From Bilabrum cf. latius (Eukaryota), in contig OZ237757.1 of NCBI GenBank assembly GCA_965178125.1, positions 310,001 to 374,000 on the forward strand: a stretch of 64,000 nucleotides of DNA, given 5' to 3'. The stretch's first letter is position 1, and every line of letters begins with the position of its first letter. The notes beneath the pieces are model-generated. The model saw only the letters and a program-made list of their open reading frames with translations. It was not told the origin of the DNA and did no database searches. The position numbers were made by a program, and so were the translations under genes. This document shows, piece after piece, positions 26,503 through 39,586 of the stretch.

Positions 26503-27266
26503 CCTACATTTTGGAACCTCAAGCTGCTGCGAACAAGGCGTAGTAGAAGTCACAAACGCTCGTGACGGCACGAGCAGGAGCGGCAGCCATGATCCTAGAT
26601 GGATGGGCAAAAGGATGAGGGCGGGGGCGCGGAGGGGGGGCTGAAAGTACACCAGGAAGATGGAGGATTAGTAGAGGAGATGATTGGTGGGGTCATCTGG
26701 TTGATGCGGAGGATAGGAAGGGGGGACACAGACTGGGCAGGTTGAGGTGGGGCGTGTGGGGTGACGAGTGGTCCGTATTGGGCGCTGCACCGAGTGATCG
26801 GAGTGGCTCCGAGTGGGATCGGATCATTCAACCACATGCAAGTGAGGAAGAAAGGAAGTCACAAGTAGACTTGGTCGGCAATTGAGCCGCGTGCGATTCG
26901 GGTGCTGAGGGGCAGCGCCCGCCACTTCTTTTTGTATTGGGTCCGTTGGGCAACCCTGGTGTGCGAATGAGCCGGGCTCCGACCATCGAGTCTTTGCTAA
27001 AGTTGCAATATCTTCATGAGAATGCGAGCAAACGTGCCAGTGCCAGCTGGGGTGCCCGCCAGCTTGCCCTCGTGGTTCCGTGACACGCCCGAGCTGACGT
27101 CAAGTGTTTGAGCCCTTTTGGTACCCTTGCCGCTCTCCAACCAGAAACCATTTGGACGCTAAGGTAAAATCTTTATGAACAAGGGGGGCACTTATTCATC
27201 AGGTGCGCGTTAGCCCCATGGCCAGCACGACAAGGCAGTGCACGGATCCGGAGTCGTCTCGCTTCG

Positions 27267-28092
27267 TTGGGGGTGGAGAAACCTGTTTCACAGGCAATCC
27301 TTTGGATCCCGAGCATGGCAGGACTGGATTTTGTAAGGGAAACTCTGGAAGACGTCACAGATATAATTAAGAGGGGGCTCGACCACGCCCCTCTCCGGGC
27401 GACCGTCATGGTGAAGACCGAGAGCGGCCACGGTCTCAACGTGCGCGCAGAACCCAACGAAGGCTCTGACAAAGTGGGAAAGCTTGCAGACAAACAGAAG
27501 GTCGTCGCTGTGAACTATATCACTCCTACTGACAGTGACTATTCGTGGGCGGCAATCTATTTGTCTTCGGACGACAAGCTTGCAGTCGGTTACGCAGCAG
27601 CCAAGTACCTTGTGATCCCAGAGGACGATCCGGAGGGCGAGAACAACATAGCGCAATCAGATCTTCCAAGCAGGGTGAGCACCACCCCGATTTGCGACTT
27701 CATAGCTTCCGCGATTGCTGGAACCAAGACCGAGTGGTGCACGCAAGATCGGTGGGAAACATTGGTTGGTCCATCGGCTCAAGCTAGCGACATCGCTTTC
27801 CTAGATATTTCTTTCAATTTCGCAATTGCAGGCGGAGATACTTGACTAGGCCTACGATCTTGTGAAATCGGTGAAAGGCACCCGTGCCTTGATCATTGAT
27901 GTGGCAATCACGACTGGCCGCGGGCTCAGTGCTGCAGTAGTCAAGGCCATTGTGGGCCTCGCTGATATTTTAGCGATGTGTGCCGACTCCGTTCACGATA
28001 CAATGCGCGCTGCGCTGCTCAAAAGCCTCGTGGATGGAGATACGTACGAAACTGCCGCCCAATGGGCGCTGGAGGCAGCCAAGGCATACTGA
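27267..28092 (+). CDS. Small protein with a bacterial-type SH3 (SH3b/SH3_3) domain; probable intron 27765-27831; 5' end unresolved
   Basis: VMVKTESGHGLNVRAEPNEGSDKVGKL....KVV...YSWAAIY...GYAAAKYL matches the SH3b pattern (LNVR..P......G......W.......G.V...YL). Removing GTTGGT...TTGCAG joins it to AEILD(TAG)AYDLVK..., which ends at TGA 28090-28092. Confidence 0.6.
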
Positions 28093-28331
28093 TTCAGGTG
28101 ATTGGCGTTCAAAGAGTGCAGCGAATCGGAGCGGTGAGACTGTGGCGACATCTGAAGATCCAGGCTTGCACGCAGAAGGCGCCCAGAGGAACCAGCCTGT
28201 GCAGCACTGGATTGAATAGGCAGCTGCAACCGAATAATAAAAACCAGCAATGCATGTATCAATCCGATACACCCCGCCGGCGTGCTCCCTCGACCACTCA
28301 ATCATCAGAAACCTGATGCTCCAACAGTCGG

Positions 28332-31300
28332 TCAGTACCCGCCCCCGTCCTCCGCCGCCCGCAGCTCTTCCTCCCCCCGTCTCTCCATATCCTCAGCCTC
28401 GGCATCCCTGCCCGCATCCCGCAGCCACCCAGCCGCCTGCAGAGCCGCGTCTCCTCTCACGGCAGGGTCGGGATTCGTGTCTGCCACGCGAGCTGCCTCT
28501 CCAGCCGCCGCATCGGGGTCGCCACGCGACGCAAGCACCCGTGCAAGAGCCAGCCTCGTGCCCGCCAGCTTGCCCGCATCGCCCATGGACGACCCCTCCT
28601 GGCTCAGCGCCCGACGCAATGCAGCCTCCGCTTCCGCAAACCGCCCCGCGGCGCTGTACCACTCGGCCAGCCGCTCCAGCACACCGCCAGCTTCGTCCCC
28701 TCTCAGCCCCAGCCTCATGGCCCTAGCCAGTGCCTCGGCCGCCTCGGGCTCCCTGGGCGGGTTGGCGTGCAGGGAACACAGCGATAGCCATGCCCACGTG
28801 CCCCCGTCCTCGTCATCCGCCCTGTTCCCCTCGCACAGCGCGGCCTCCGCCTGCGTCCAGTCGCCCACGGCAGCCGCAGTGCGCCCGGCACCCTGCCACG
28901 CGCTCGCCCAGCCGAACCTGGAAGCGCACCGCAGGAATGCCGCGGAGGCCTCCTGCAGCACTTCCTTCTCTTCCTCACCCTCACCACCGGCGTCGGGGCT
29001 GGCACCGCCGTGCGCTGCAGCCTCCAGGATCGCCTCCCCGAGACGAAGCGCGGCGGCCGCGCGGGCCGCACGACCCACCGGTGCCTCAAGCGCCAGGGCG
29101 GGAGCATCACCCGGAGCCGCAAATGATATCGCACTCGTCACACCATCAGCCGACCCGCCTGGCCCCTGCGCCCACTGCAGAGCCTCCAGCGCTGCCTCCC
29201 TTGCGCCTGCCTCCCACAAGGCGCGGGCCCGGATCACCCAGGCCCGCGCGGCGCACTCAGAGGTTCCGCTGTTCGACTGCGCGGCGCCCTGCGCGGCCTC
29301 GGCGGCCCGAAGGGATAGGTCCGCCGCAGCCGCGGCACCATCGTCGTCCTGGTCGCCCTCGCCCTCGATGGGCCCCCCGTCGGCGCTCGGGTTCGCCTCC
29401 TCGTCCTCGCCCCCCCCCTCTTCTTCTTCTTCTTCTTCGGCCCCCTTGCCCTCCCCGACCCCGTCGCGACCCAAAGCACTCGTCACACTGCCCAGTCGAC
29501 CGTCTGACCTGCCGGCCAGCGCGGCCTCGGCCCGGGCCGCGAGCAGCCCGGCCGTTGCGGAACCGGGGAGCGCCGTGTCCCGCGCCGCCTCGGATGCGCG
29601 GCGCCCGAGCATGCCAGCCAGCCTGCCGCAGCCCAATCGCGCCAACAGGCGGCAGGCATCGGCCAGTGCCGACCACACGCCAGCCGTGGGGCCGGCCCCG
29701 CGCGCCACCAGACCCGCCAGATCCGTGGCATCGCAGCCACCAACGGACAGCTCGCCGCCGGCCCCCTCCCCCCCGTCCTGCAACCCCCCTTCGCTCTGAC
29801 CGGTCGCAGCAAGCGCCCGCGCTGCCGCCACCGCCTCCGCCTCCGCCCTCCGCATCTGTTCCCCAGCACGGGCCACCAGCTCCTTGGCCTGACGGCGGTG
29901 CGCCTGTCCCGCCCCGCTGCCCGTCGCCGCGTGCTGCGCCGCGCCGTGCTGGCCCCTCACCTCCCTTGCACTGGCCTCGGCAGCAGCCGCCGACCCGGGC
30001 AGCACCGCACCGGCGGCTGCGCCGTCGGTCGAGCGGGCCGCCCGCTGTTCCTCCACGGTGGCCTCACCCACGGCCCGGGCAGCAAGCCGCTCCAGCGCCA
30101 GCGACCACAGGCACCTCGACACCGCAATGGACTGCAGCCTAGCGGCAGCGCCGGGCCCCGCAGAGTCGGCGATGCATGCCGCGTCCCGGCCGTCCTCGTC
30201 GGCCCCTCCAGATGCCAGGGAACAGCAGAGCCCCCGGAGCAGCGCCTCGGCCTCGTCCAGCGAGCCCCGCGCAAGCTGGCACACCCCCAGCGCCATGAGG
30301 CATCTCGCTCGATCGGAGCTGCGAGGGGGCGCCGCCGACAGTGCCTCCCGGAGGGCAGGCTGGGCCTTGTCTGCCTGCCCCATACGGAGGAGGAAGCAGC
30401 CCAGGTCGAGCCACGCGCCCACCGAAAGCGCGGCCGCGGGCACGGCCTGGGGTCCGCCCCTCGAGACCGTTTCCTCGGCGAGGGCCACGCGCCTCTGCAG
30501 CGAACGTTCGGCGGCATGTTCCCTGCCCGTCCACTCCCGCTCCGCCGCCGCGCGGCCTAGGCGATCCAGCGCGGCGTGCAGCGCGCCGGTGGCCCCGCCA
30601 CCAGCGGCAGCTGAAGCCATAGCAGAAGAGGAGGCGAGTTTCGAGGCGGAGGGCCCCGCGACCACTTGCTGGGTCACGCCGGCGGCAAGGGTGGCCAAAG
30701 AGGCGATGGCCTCGCGCTCGGCGGCCTCGGCCGCCGACCTCGGAGTGCTCTTGATCCTGGGCTCGTGGGGCGTCTGGCCGGCGGGGTATCCCCCCCGGTG
30801 CCGCATGCCGGCCTGCTCCCTCTCCCGCGCCTCGAGCAGCTCCGCCTGCTCGAACGCAGCGTTCAGAGCCCGGTGCGCCTGGCCCAGCAGGTAGGTGTAC
30901 GCGTCCGCCAGTCCCTCCTGCCTCAGTGCAGCGGCAGCCGCGCCAGGGGTGGCACCGGCCCTGACCGCCAGCCCGCCCACGCCTCCCGCTTTGACCACCC
31001 TCGCCGCCGCGGATCGGATCCTGGCGCGCATGCCCTCCCACGCACCGGAACCCTGCAGAGACCGCAGCACGCCCTGCCTCATCGCGTCGCGCCGCTCCTC
31101 CCGTGCCGCCGCCGAGGACCCCGCCCGCGCCTCCGACTGGGCCTTGCCGACCTGTGCCGCGGCGTGCTTGGCGTAGGCCTCCGCGATGGCGTGGGCGCAC
31201 AGAGCGATCTCCTGCCGGAAATTGGCCGCGGCGTCAGGGGCCGGTGGCCCGCTCGGGGGCCCGGGGCGGGCGGGCACTAGGTCGCTGGGCTTGAGTGGGG

Positions 31301-33416
31301 GCTGTTCCGGTTTGGGCGGCGACTGCACGAGCGGGGCGTCGATGGCTTCGATGGCCAGCGTGAGCGTGGCGCCAGAGGCCGCGTAGGGGTGCGGCGGGGG
31401 CGCCTCTTCTTCCGGCTCCGGGTCCTTGGCTCCCTTCTTGCCCTTGTCTTTGCCCCCCTTCTTCTTGTCCTTGCCCTTTGCCTTCGGCTTCTTCTTGTCC
31501 TTGCCCCCCTTCTTCTTGTCTTTGCCCTTGCCCTTTTTGCCCCCGCCGCCGCCCCCTCCAAAACTGACACCGGCCTCCGCATCCTCCGCGTCCAGCGCCT
31601 CGATAAACTGACCCCACGCCTCCTCTCTCTGTTCCCCAAGGGCCGCAGCCTCCTCCTTGGCCTTCTCCTCCAGTTCCTCCCGGTCCACCAGAGCGGCAGC
31701 CCCCTCACCATCTCCGTCACCCTCACTCTCGCCGCCCTCCAGAGCCGGCGCACTCGTCACATCGTCGCCAGCCACCGGAAGCGCCTCTGCGACCGCGCCC
31801 ATCGAGTCGCGCTCGGCCAGCTGCGCCAGCCCGGGTCCCACATTGACCACCCCCCTTGCCCTGGGGTCCTCCACAAGAGGCCTCTCCCCGTCGGCTAGGC
31901 CAAACTCGGGATCCAGAGGCATGCGCGCGGCAGCGGCGCGCTCCTCCGAGCCGACCTCGGAGGTGGCCAAAGGCGACTCAACGGATACCCGCCGGAGGGC
32001 CGCCTCGATCCCGCCTTCCTTGGCCGCCGCCACCAGAGCGCCGACCTCGGCGGCGGGCACGAAGACGACCCTGGGGGCCCAACGCACCTCCCAGCGCCAC
32101 GTTCCGCCGCCAGCCGCTCCACCCGCAGCGGTGGCATCTGCATCCCCATCGGCGCCGCCCTCGCTCGCCCCTGCTCCTGCTCCTGCTCCTGCTCCTGCCC
32201 CGCTCGCGGCAGCTGCCGCGTCGCCATCCGCGGCGGTCGCGCCGCCACTCGTCACACCGCCGGAGTCCTTCACGTACGCCAGCCTGCCCTCGCCCATGCG
32301 GAGGGCCCAGTCGGCCGTGGTGCGCACGGGGTACGGGTTCGGCAGCGAACGTTCCTTCGAAGGCTCCCCTTCTTTGCTCTCCCCTTCTTCCCCCTGGCCC
32401 TCCTTGCCTTCCGCCTCGCCCGCCTCAGCCGCAACGCCGCCCGATGCACCGGCTCCGTCCCCATGTGTTCCCTGGGGCCACCGCATCAGCAGCGAGAACC
32501 TGTGCCCGTTCGAATCGCTGCCCCCCTCGGCGCAAGCCCTCGCCCTCGCCTCGTGGTCCTACTCGGTCAGTGAGGCCTCCTCCTCGGGGTCAGGGAACAA
32601 GGGACGGTCTTCCTCATCCGGAGTCCAAAATGGATGCGGAACGTCCAGGAGACGGGCGCCGCGCACTCGCAGGAACCGACCGCCGGCACGGCACTGCGCC
32701 AGGCTCGACGTTGCCTCCACCGTCACGCGCACCTTGGCGGCGTACTCTATGGGGGCTGCATCGGCTTCGCTGCTGCCGGCATCGGGGGCACCCTTTCCTT
32801 TTCCTTTGCTTTTGCCTCCCTTTGCGGCCTTGCCGCCCGCTCCCGCTGCAGCTTCGTCCTGCTCTGATAGCACCGGCAGGCCGGCAGCCTGAAGCAGTTC
32901 TTTTTCCTGGGATGGCGTGACCAATGTAACTTCCTGGTCGATGCTACCACCCGCCAGCAATGATGCCAGCGGAATCCATGCGCACCCGATGGAGGGATCG
33001 CTGCTGGAGGGGCCTCGCTGCTCGCCTTTGTGCACGCGGACGCACAGCCACGCGCCCAGCATGCCCTCCACGGCATCCCGCGAAGCCAGCTATTTTGATT
33101 TTCTCCTGTAATTGAATGATCCTTCTTGTCCAGCAATTACGCTGGAATGCGCGAGCATAGCACTCCTGCCTCCATCCCATACACCGTACCAAAGCTGCTT
33201 CCAGTCAGATGCAGACTCTAGAACCTCTTTCGGAGGGAATGACAAAGCACAATCCTATTTTTGACTCATTAATGCATCTGAAACCGGGCTTGCCCTGACT
33301 AATCGAACGCTTGCCCACCATTTGCCGTCGTCTTCTTCCTGGCCGTCACCTCTTGCTGCGCTAAAGCTAGGCAATCGGACCGTCAACTCGCTTACATCGC
33401 CCGGATAAGCCTACAT
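28332..33416 (-). CDS. CFAP70: Cilia- and flagella-associated protein 70 (TTC18)-like TPR protein (about 1694 aa)
   Basis: ORFs 32559-33071 and 28332-32486 are in frame and joined by TAG. The frame stays open (TAG only) up to ATG 33414-33416. Features: LKPSDLVPARP, AWLDLGCFLLRMGQADKAQPALREAL, C-terminal TPRs (SAWQGAGRTA...AEAALCEGN..D..TWAWLSL) and a Lys-rich insert. Ends TGA. The 5' end is uncertain. Confidence 0.7.
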
Positions 33417-33881
33417 ATACTTGTTATTATACTATGAATTCCAAATATCAAACAGACGCCACGAAAATTGGGCTGTTCTGACACGATAAACTCCGGTCCG
33501 AGCCGTTTAGCACTTTTATTGCTTCATCATTCAATCCAGCAGCATAATGTTCCGCTAACGCCGTGATGAGGATGCGCGGCGACCACGAAGACACCTTCCG
33601 GTTCTTTCTCGATGCACAGCAATCATAATTGAAATCGCGCGAATAGTTAAAGAACCCGAGAACTTCTTCGTTTTCGTTGCTTAGTGTCTTTACCAGGCAG
33701 TTCACTAGCATGGTGAGCAGAAACAGATCGATCTGGTGGAGTTGCGGCTCGGTTGGTGGCCAAGACTGTAGCATCGTGGTGGCATCGCTTCAGCTGCATC
33801 TCTTCGTGTTTCCGCCCAGCCTGGTCGAAAGAAATTAATAAATGCATTGTGTCTTGAAGAATTTGTGGCAATGTGAAGCGC

Positions 33882-36047
33882 ATGATGGATGAAGAGCGAT
33901 TGGTCCCGTCTGTTCCTACATTTTGGGGTAGCCATCGCTTATCGCTATACTACTCGTTGAACTTTGAAGTATTTGCAGCGAATAAGTCCCTTTTGTATTA
34001 AAACTTAATAATTCGTCTCCTTGTAACGCAGGATACCCCCAAGAAAGATCGTTCCACGGATAAACAGAAAGCAGAGGCAGTTGAAGAGACCATCCGTATT
34101 CTGCGCAATGCCCATCAAAATGGCAGTATGTCGTGCAGAAAAACAAGGGCACAGCTTTGGAGGTTTGTGTAGATTGTCAAAGATCGAAGTCGGGACGAAA
34201 ATCCCATTTCAGATAAAGAGGCACGCGATCGCTACCGCAAAGAGGTAAGCAAACTATCGCGAGATAAAGACCGCCCCTCCGACTTTGGCGCGGCGTGCAC
34301 TTCTGCCACCGCGAAGGTGAGTCGCGACTACAATGTTCCAATGGCCAAGAACTCGGTGTCTAAACGTTTTCGGAAGATGGCAGAGACTGGCAGCCTCGCT
34401 GACTTGCCAGTTGATCTGCGCACCTGGCTGCATACGTTCGTCAAGGAAACAGACACCACGCAAGCCGTGGAATATTTCCGCACTAAAAACACTGTCGGGA
34501 ATCGAGGCAGGAAGAGGCGGCGAGACGATACCCACGGGCCTGCCACAGGGCGTGAACGCGCGGACCACGATTCCGAGCACTCGGCAACTCAGCCCTCTGG
34601 TGGCACGGCCGCACCCGGTAGGCGGCGGGGGAGCGGCCGGCGGCCCTCAGGGCGGTCTCCATCGACTAAAGCTACCCGTCGCAACATCACTGCGAAGCAA
34701 GCACGTCAGCCTACGATGAAGAACAGCCGCAGGGTGCGCCGGCGGCGAGAGGCATTGCCCAGCTTTAGCCAGCTGGAAGACGTGCAGCCACAGCCAGAGC
34801 CAGAAGCCGCACCAGAGTGCCAGCCGGCGAGCGGCGGTGGCGGCTCGACCCCAGGGAGAGGCCGCCCCGGATCAGCCCGTCGGTATGCTCGCATCGGACT
34901 ACAGGGGAAGAGGGAGTGGCGGGTACCACTGGCAACCACGGCCGGGGTACCTACATATGTCCCCTCTGCGAGCGCATCCACCAGGGAATTTCGAAGTACG
35001 CCGGGCGTTTACACACCTCCCGAAATGGTATTTAGGGCGAGCTCTAGTACCATCGGATCTGGGTCTACGCCTGGATCTAGCATGCACCTTATAGGAGGAG
35101 CTGGACACTTGTCCATCGCCCCGCCCACCTTCCCAGGACTCGGACCTGCGAACCGCGCGACAGACGGGGGAACGGCTCGCTTTGCGCAAGAAGGTGCGCA
35201 GCTCTTCCAGCAGTACTTACAGGGAGTCGGCGGTGGTGGTTTGGCTGGTGGTGCCGAGGCAGGAGCTCAACGTGAGATGCGCCCAGACGTGACGATTCCT
35301 GCCAGCGTGACAGGTCACACCACAACCCTCCCTCTACTGGCTGCCGCGCCATCGCCATCGTCATCGTCATCGTCATCGTCTGCCCTGCCGTCGTCGTCGC
35401 AATCGGCAGCTGCGGGCACAACGGCTGGTCGTCCAGTCATGCGAAGCGGAGTTGCCAAGCCTCGCGAGCATGCATTCAGGGCGATAGCGCACGGACTGAG
35501 CACCTCCTCGTCGCCCATAACCTCCACCACCGGGGAGTTCTCTCCGTCTTCGTCCGAGTCAGGTGCCTCTGCGACAGAGGGAAGTGCTGGACCGGGCGGC
35601 GGTGGTAGAGACTGGCCTAGTCACAACCTCGGGACTCAGGCTAGCAGTCTGGTCGGAGTGCTTGGTACAAACGGATGGCAGCTCCCTGCCGGCTACAGCT
35701 CCTCATCGTCATCGTCTAATACCTTCGCTCTTGGTATCAATGGAGTGTTCTCCAGCATCCCGCCGGCCATGCGCGAGAGTGGACGCTCCCGCTCGGCAGC
35801 CAGCGGAGACCCAAGCGGTGTATCCGAGCGGCAGACCGACCTGGAGGATCTTCTACCTCTTGCAGGACGGAGCAGACTCGACCGCGCCATATCGGGCGAG
35901 AGTGAAAGCTCGATCAATATGGGGCCCGGGCAAATGGTGTCACACACTGGGGCCGCTGGGCTGCCGCAGATGCCAAGTAGCGGAGCTCGAACCGACTACT
36001 TCCTAACCGAGAACGGTTTCCAGTAGGACGATGAGAATGGTGACTAA
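33882..36047 (+). CDS. Hypothetical Ser/Arg/Gly-rich protein (5' exon structure uncertain)
   Basis: The frame of ORF 34317-36026 is open from a CAG acceptor at 34031 (one TAG). It reads through TAG 36024 to TAA 36045-36047. A possible first exon starts at ATG 33882. Basic NLS-like RGRKRRR; no recognisable domain. Confidence 0.55.
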
Positions 36048-36851
36048 CGGCTAACGGTTGAATCTTCTGCTCGCAATAGAGATCAGCGCGATTGAAGTAC
36101 GGCCAAACGACAAGATCCTGTGGTTTCACGCTGGCATCGACTACGGGCGTCTATAGCCTATCCGGCTGAGAATGCTCGCAAACAGGCACAACAGCGGGCA
36201 ACAGCAATACGTCGTTACCGAAGGACCCTTGCAACAGTGCCAACTTCTAGACTGTCAAGGGGCTCGGTACGGCGATAGCACCCCCTAGCCCCCAACCCCC
36301 CCCCCCCCGCTTCTTCCAACGAGCACCCGCCGACGGGCCAGTGGATGCTGACGCTGCCGCCAGTATGGTGCTGCCAGTGAGCCACAGAGGGGACGGAATC
36401 TAGTTTGCGGACGGCGATAGGCACGCAGGCTCATGCAGGATGAAGGAGATAGTCGAGGGCAGAAGCAGTTTGCTCATTCATTCGGAATTTTCTTTGAGAT
36501 CCATTTCTTAGTGTATTGCGTAACGACCATTAAAGCTCGTTTACTCGACCAAACCGCTAACCGCCCACCAAGGGGACGGCACCCAGTTCCCCAGGGTCCA
36601 GGGAATTGCGCCCCGAAGTGGCCCGTTTTCACTACTCGCTCTATGTGATACATGCGATTAGCTTTATCTAGCTTTATCACTCTATGGGCTCGTCTCCATC
36701 AACCAAAAACCGGAAACCACTGGTTGCAGGGCTTCCGGTTTTATGTGAGTAGTGTGCACTTCCAGGATCTAGGCCGGGGTTTTGCCAGGTCCTTCACACT
36801 AGACTATACTACAGAGAAACAGAAACGAGCAGACTGGACTACACTGCTTTC

Positions 36852-39377
36852 ATGGAAATCCAAGTCTCAAATACCGTTAAGCTATGGGAGGTGGACTCAA
36901 CAGCAAAGCCTCCCCGAATCATCGTGCAGCCATCGCTCGAGAAAATCGCCGCTGAAGAACGCATGCCCAGCGACGCCCGTCTGGTGTCGCTGGCCATTTA
37001 TGGCAAAGCGCGAGCCGGTAAAAGTACCACGCTCAATTATGCGCTGGCTTGGCTCCTCCAGAACGCCTACGACCGTCCCGTTCTCGAAGAATATGTGAAA
37101 CAGAACGATGGCCAGGTGGCAAAGTTCCTGACATGCCCTGTGACTGGAGCCTCAGTGCCGCAGCTGTTTGATACAGCAAACTCAGCAGATCCATGCACCC
37201 GCGGGGCAGATGGAGTGTTCGTGCATCTACCGAGAGGCGCATTTGGGCAGACCACCGATATCGTGGTGCTGCTGATCGACTGCGAGGGATCGGGCGCAGA
37301 GGCCGAGGAGCACGGCAACCGGACGGTGCTTCCGGCTCTTGCATTTTCTTCACATGGTTCACTGATCTACGCGCAGCGGGACGCCATCACCCGAGATGCC
37401 GCACTTGACGCCATCGAGCCCATCGTGGAGATGGCGAAGGGCATAGACCGCTCCCATAAGTACGCAGTCCACAAGTCGGAGGCAGCATCCGGTCGCAAAG
37501 AAGGCGTAAAGGTTGCATCAATCCCAGAAGCAGATGGCTCGGACAGTCCTCAACCCCCCCTTGGTGGCCTTCGCATTATGCAATTCATGTGCAACCTTGC
37601 CACAGGCCATGCCGCCAGGCGCGAGCTTCAAGAAGAAGTCTTCGGGTATGAGGACGACCTCGCGACAAGCGCTGCGTCAGCCGTAGATGGCATCATACCT
37701 GGTCTTTCAAGCGCGATCCCGGCGATGGGGTTGCTGGATGGCGCCAAGAGGAACAAGCAGAGGCAGGTTCTGCGAGGGGCCTTCCGTGGCCTGAGCGTGG
37801 GCTGGCTGCCTGCCGTCGCAAGGAGCAGGAGGCGGGGCGGAAAGGTGCCCGAATCCCAGCAATGCGCGCTTCGCGAAGCCCTCGATACGATGCTGTCCGA
37901 AACGGTCGAGGAGCAGATCAAGAGCAGTGCCGGTAGCAGCAGCATGTTCGGAGATCCGACCATGCGGTCGTGCATCACCACTGCCATTCCGAAGCTCCGG
38001 CTGATCGCTGCCAATGCCAACAAAGTCGCCGATCTGTCCAGGATGGAGGGCATCTCCGTGAAGGACCAGCTCGAGCGCAAGGCAGACCGCATCGCCAAGG
38101 ACGCTGCAAGAGACTTGCTGGACAAGGCGATCGCGGCCGCAGAGCAAAGCGACCTGACGTACATGGACCTTGCCCACCGCCTGGCCAACGTGCGTAGCAT
38201 TCCTGCCATCGAGGCAACGTGCGCACGCCTCAAGGAGGCGGCGCTCGAGGCTGCGCGTGATTCATGCATGAAGAAGACAACGTTGGCTCCTACGAAAATG
38301 GGTGAGAGCTACCTCGAAGCGATCGCGGAGGCGCAGCTGAGGCATCTGAGAGAGGCACTCCTGTCGAGGACCAAGCGAGAGGTTGCAGAGGCGAAGCGGG
38401 CTCTCCAACGGTAGATTGGTCCCAGAATTAGCGCTGCAGGATGCGCTGCCTTGAAGGACAGGAAGGTTCCTAGTCTCGTGGAGGCCGCTGAGGGTGTCGA
38501 CAGGAACTCCTATGACCTGCAGGGCACTGGTGAACGGCGGCAGCTCGCTAGAAACGGAGCAGCGCGCAATCTCACTCAGCTCCTTGACTCCCTTGGCCAT
38601 GGGGACACCGAGGACAAGATGGTCTACAGCTTCGATCACGCCATGCAGGAAGAGCTCGCTGGCTGGGTGTCGGAAGCGAAGCAAGCTGCACTCAACGAGG
38701 CACAGCAATCGCACTCTCTTGCTGACAAAGTGACTAAATAGATGACCTGCATCGCTCGAAATCGAAAAGGGATCTACAACGAGCTCAGTTCGCTGCCCCC
38801 GGCGCCAGCAGCAGTTCAAGCGATCGGTTGCGCACAGGCCCGCGGATCCGGTCAGACAGACCCCATTGAGACTCCCTGGAGCAGTGCAGCCGACCTCATT
38901 GCTTCTATTGACTGCTCGTCTGGCGGTGTCGTGCAGGGAATGATCCAAGAAGAGCGACAAGGATGCATGAGGCAGGTACGTTCGGCCATTTCCACGGCTA
39001 GGAGGATGCTTGACCGCGTGATGCAGTGGGATCAGGACGCGAAGACGCAGCTCCGCCTGCAGAGGGAGAGAGAGGAGGCAGAAAGAAGGAGGCGACAGGC
39101 AGAGGAAGCGGCCAGAAAGGAGCGCAAGAAGCAGGAAGCAGAGGAGGAAAGAAAGCGCAAGGCAGATGAGAAAGCTAGGCTCGAGGCAGCAGTGCGGCCG
39201 AGGTATTATACCTGGGTTTCCAGCGTCAGTTACTCAGATGTCATCGTGAGGCCCAGCAGTTCCAGCAGAAGACCCCTAGGGACGACACCAAGGGGGCATA
39301 CTCTTCACAGGGGGGCACGCGGTGGAGTGTACCACATGTCGAGCGGAGGCAACAGGGTGTACCACAAGGGATACTGA
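36852..39377 (+). CDS. Guanylate-binding protein/atlastin-like large GTPase with coiled coil and C-terminal PBCV-type basic adaptor motif (about 841 aa)
   Basis: G1 GKARAGKSTTLN, G2 PCTRG, G3 LIDCEG. Three in-frame ORFs joined by TAG 38412 and 38739, followed by an ER/K-rich helix and the tail GTTPRGHTLHRGARGGVYHMSSGGNRVY. Ends TGA. Confidence 0.8.
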
Positions 39378-39586
39378 TGCTCCACATCGGCAGGTGACTT
39401 TGATGTTCCCTTTGGGGGGGGGGGTTCCTGACTCAAGTTCCTGAGATCCACGAAATACGCCGCTGATCTTTGCCTGGCTCCGGGTCAATCGATTCTGTAC
39501 ATAGTATACACTATACAACACTTTCCATGCCAGGTCTAACCCGAACAGATCCGAGCGACATCCATCCAGGATCCTATCACGTCCCA

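Noticed and set aside
28282-32920. Long plus-strand ORFs (28282-29799, 28730-30142, 31657-32892 and others)
   Set aside because: Antisense shadows of the GC-rich CFAP70 gene, with low-complexity Ser/Ala/Pro translations and no motifs.
33448-34152. Small minus-strand ORFs between CFAP70 and the next gene
   Set aside because: No recognisable motifs, and readthrough of TAG 33916 soon meets TAA. More likely divergent promoter, UTR or intron sequence.
39414-39424. G/C homopolymer tracts downstream of genes (also about 26634-26640, 36296-36309, 56281-56300)
   Set aside because: Too short and inconsistent in position and orientation to support a terminator or G-quadruplex call.
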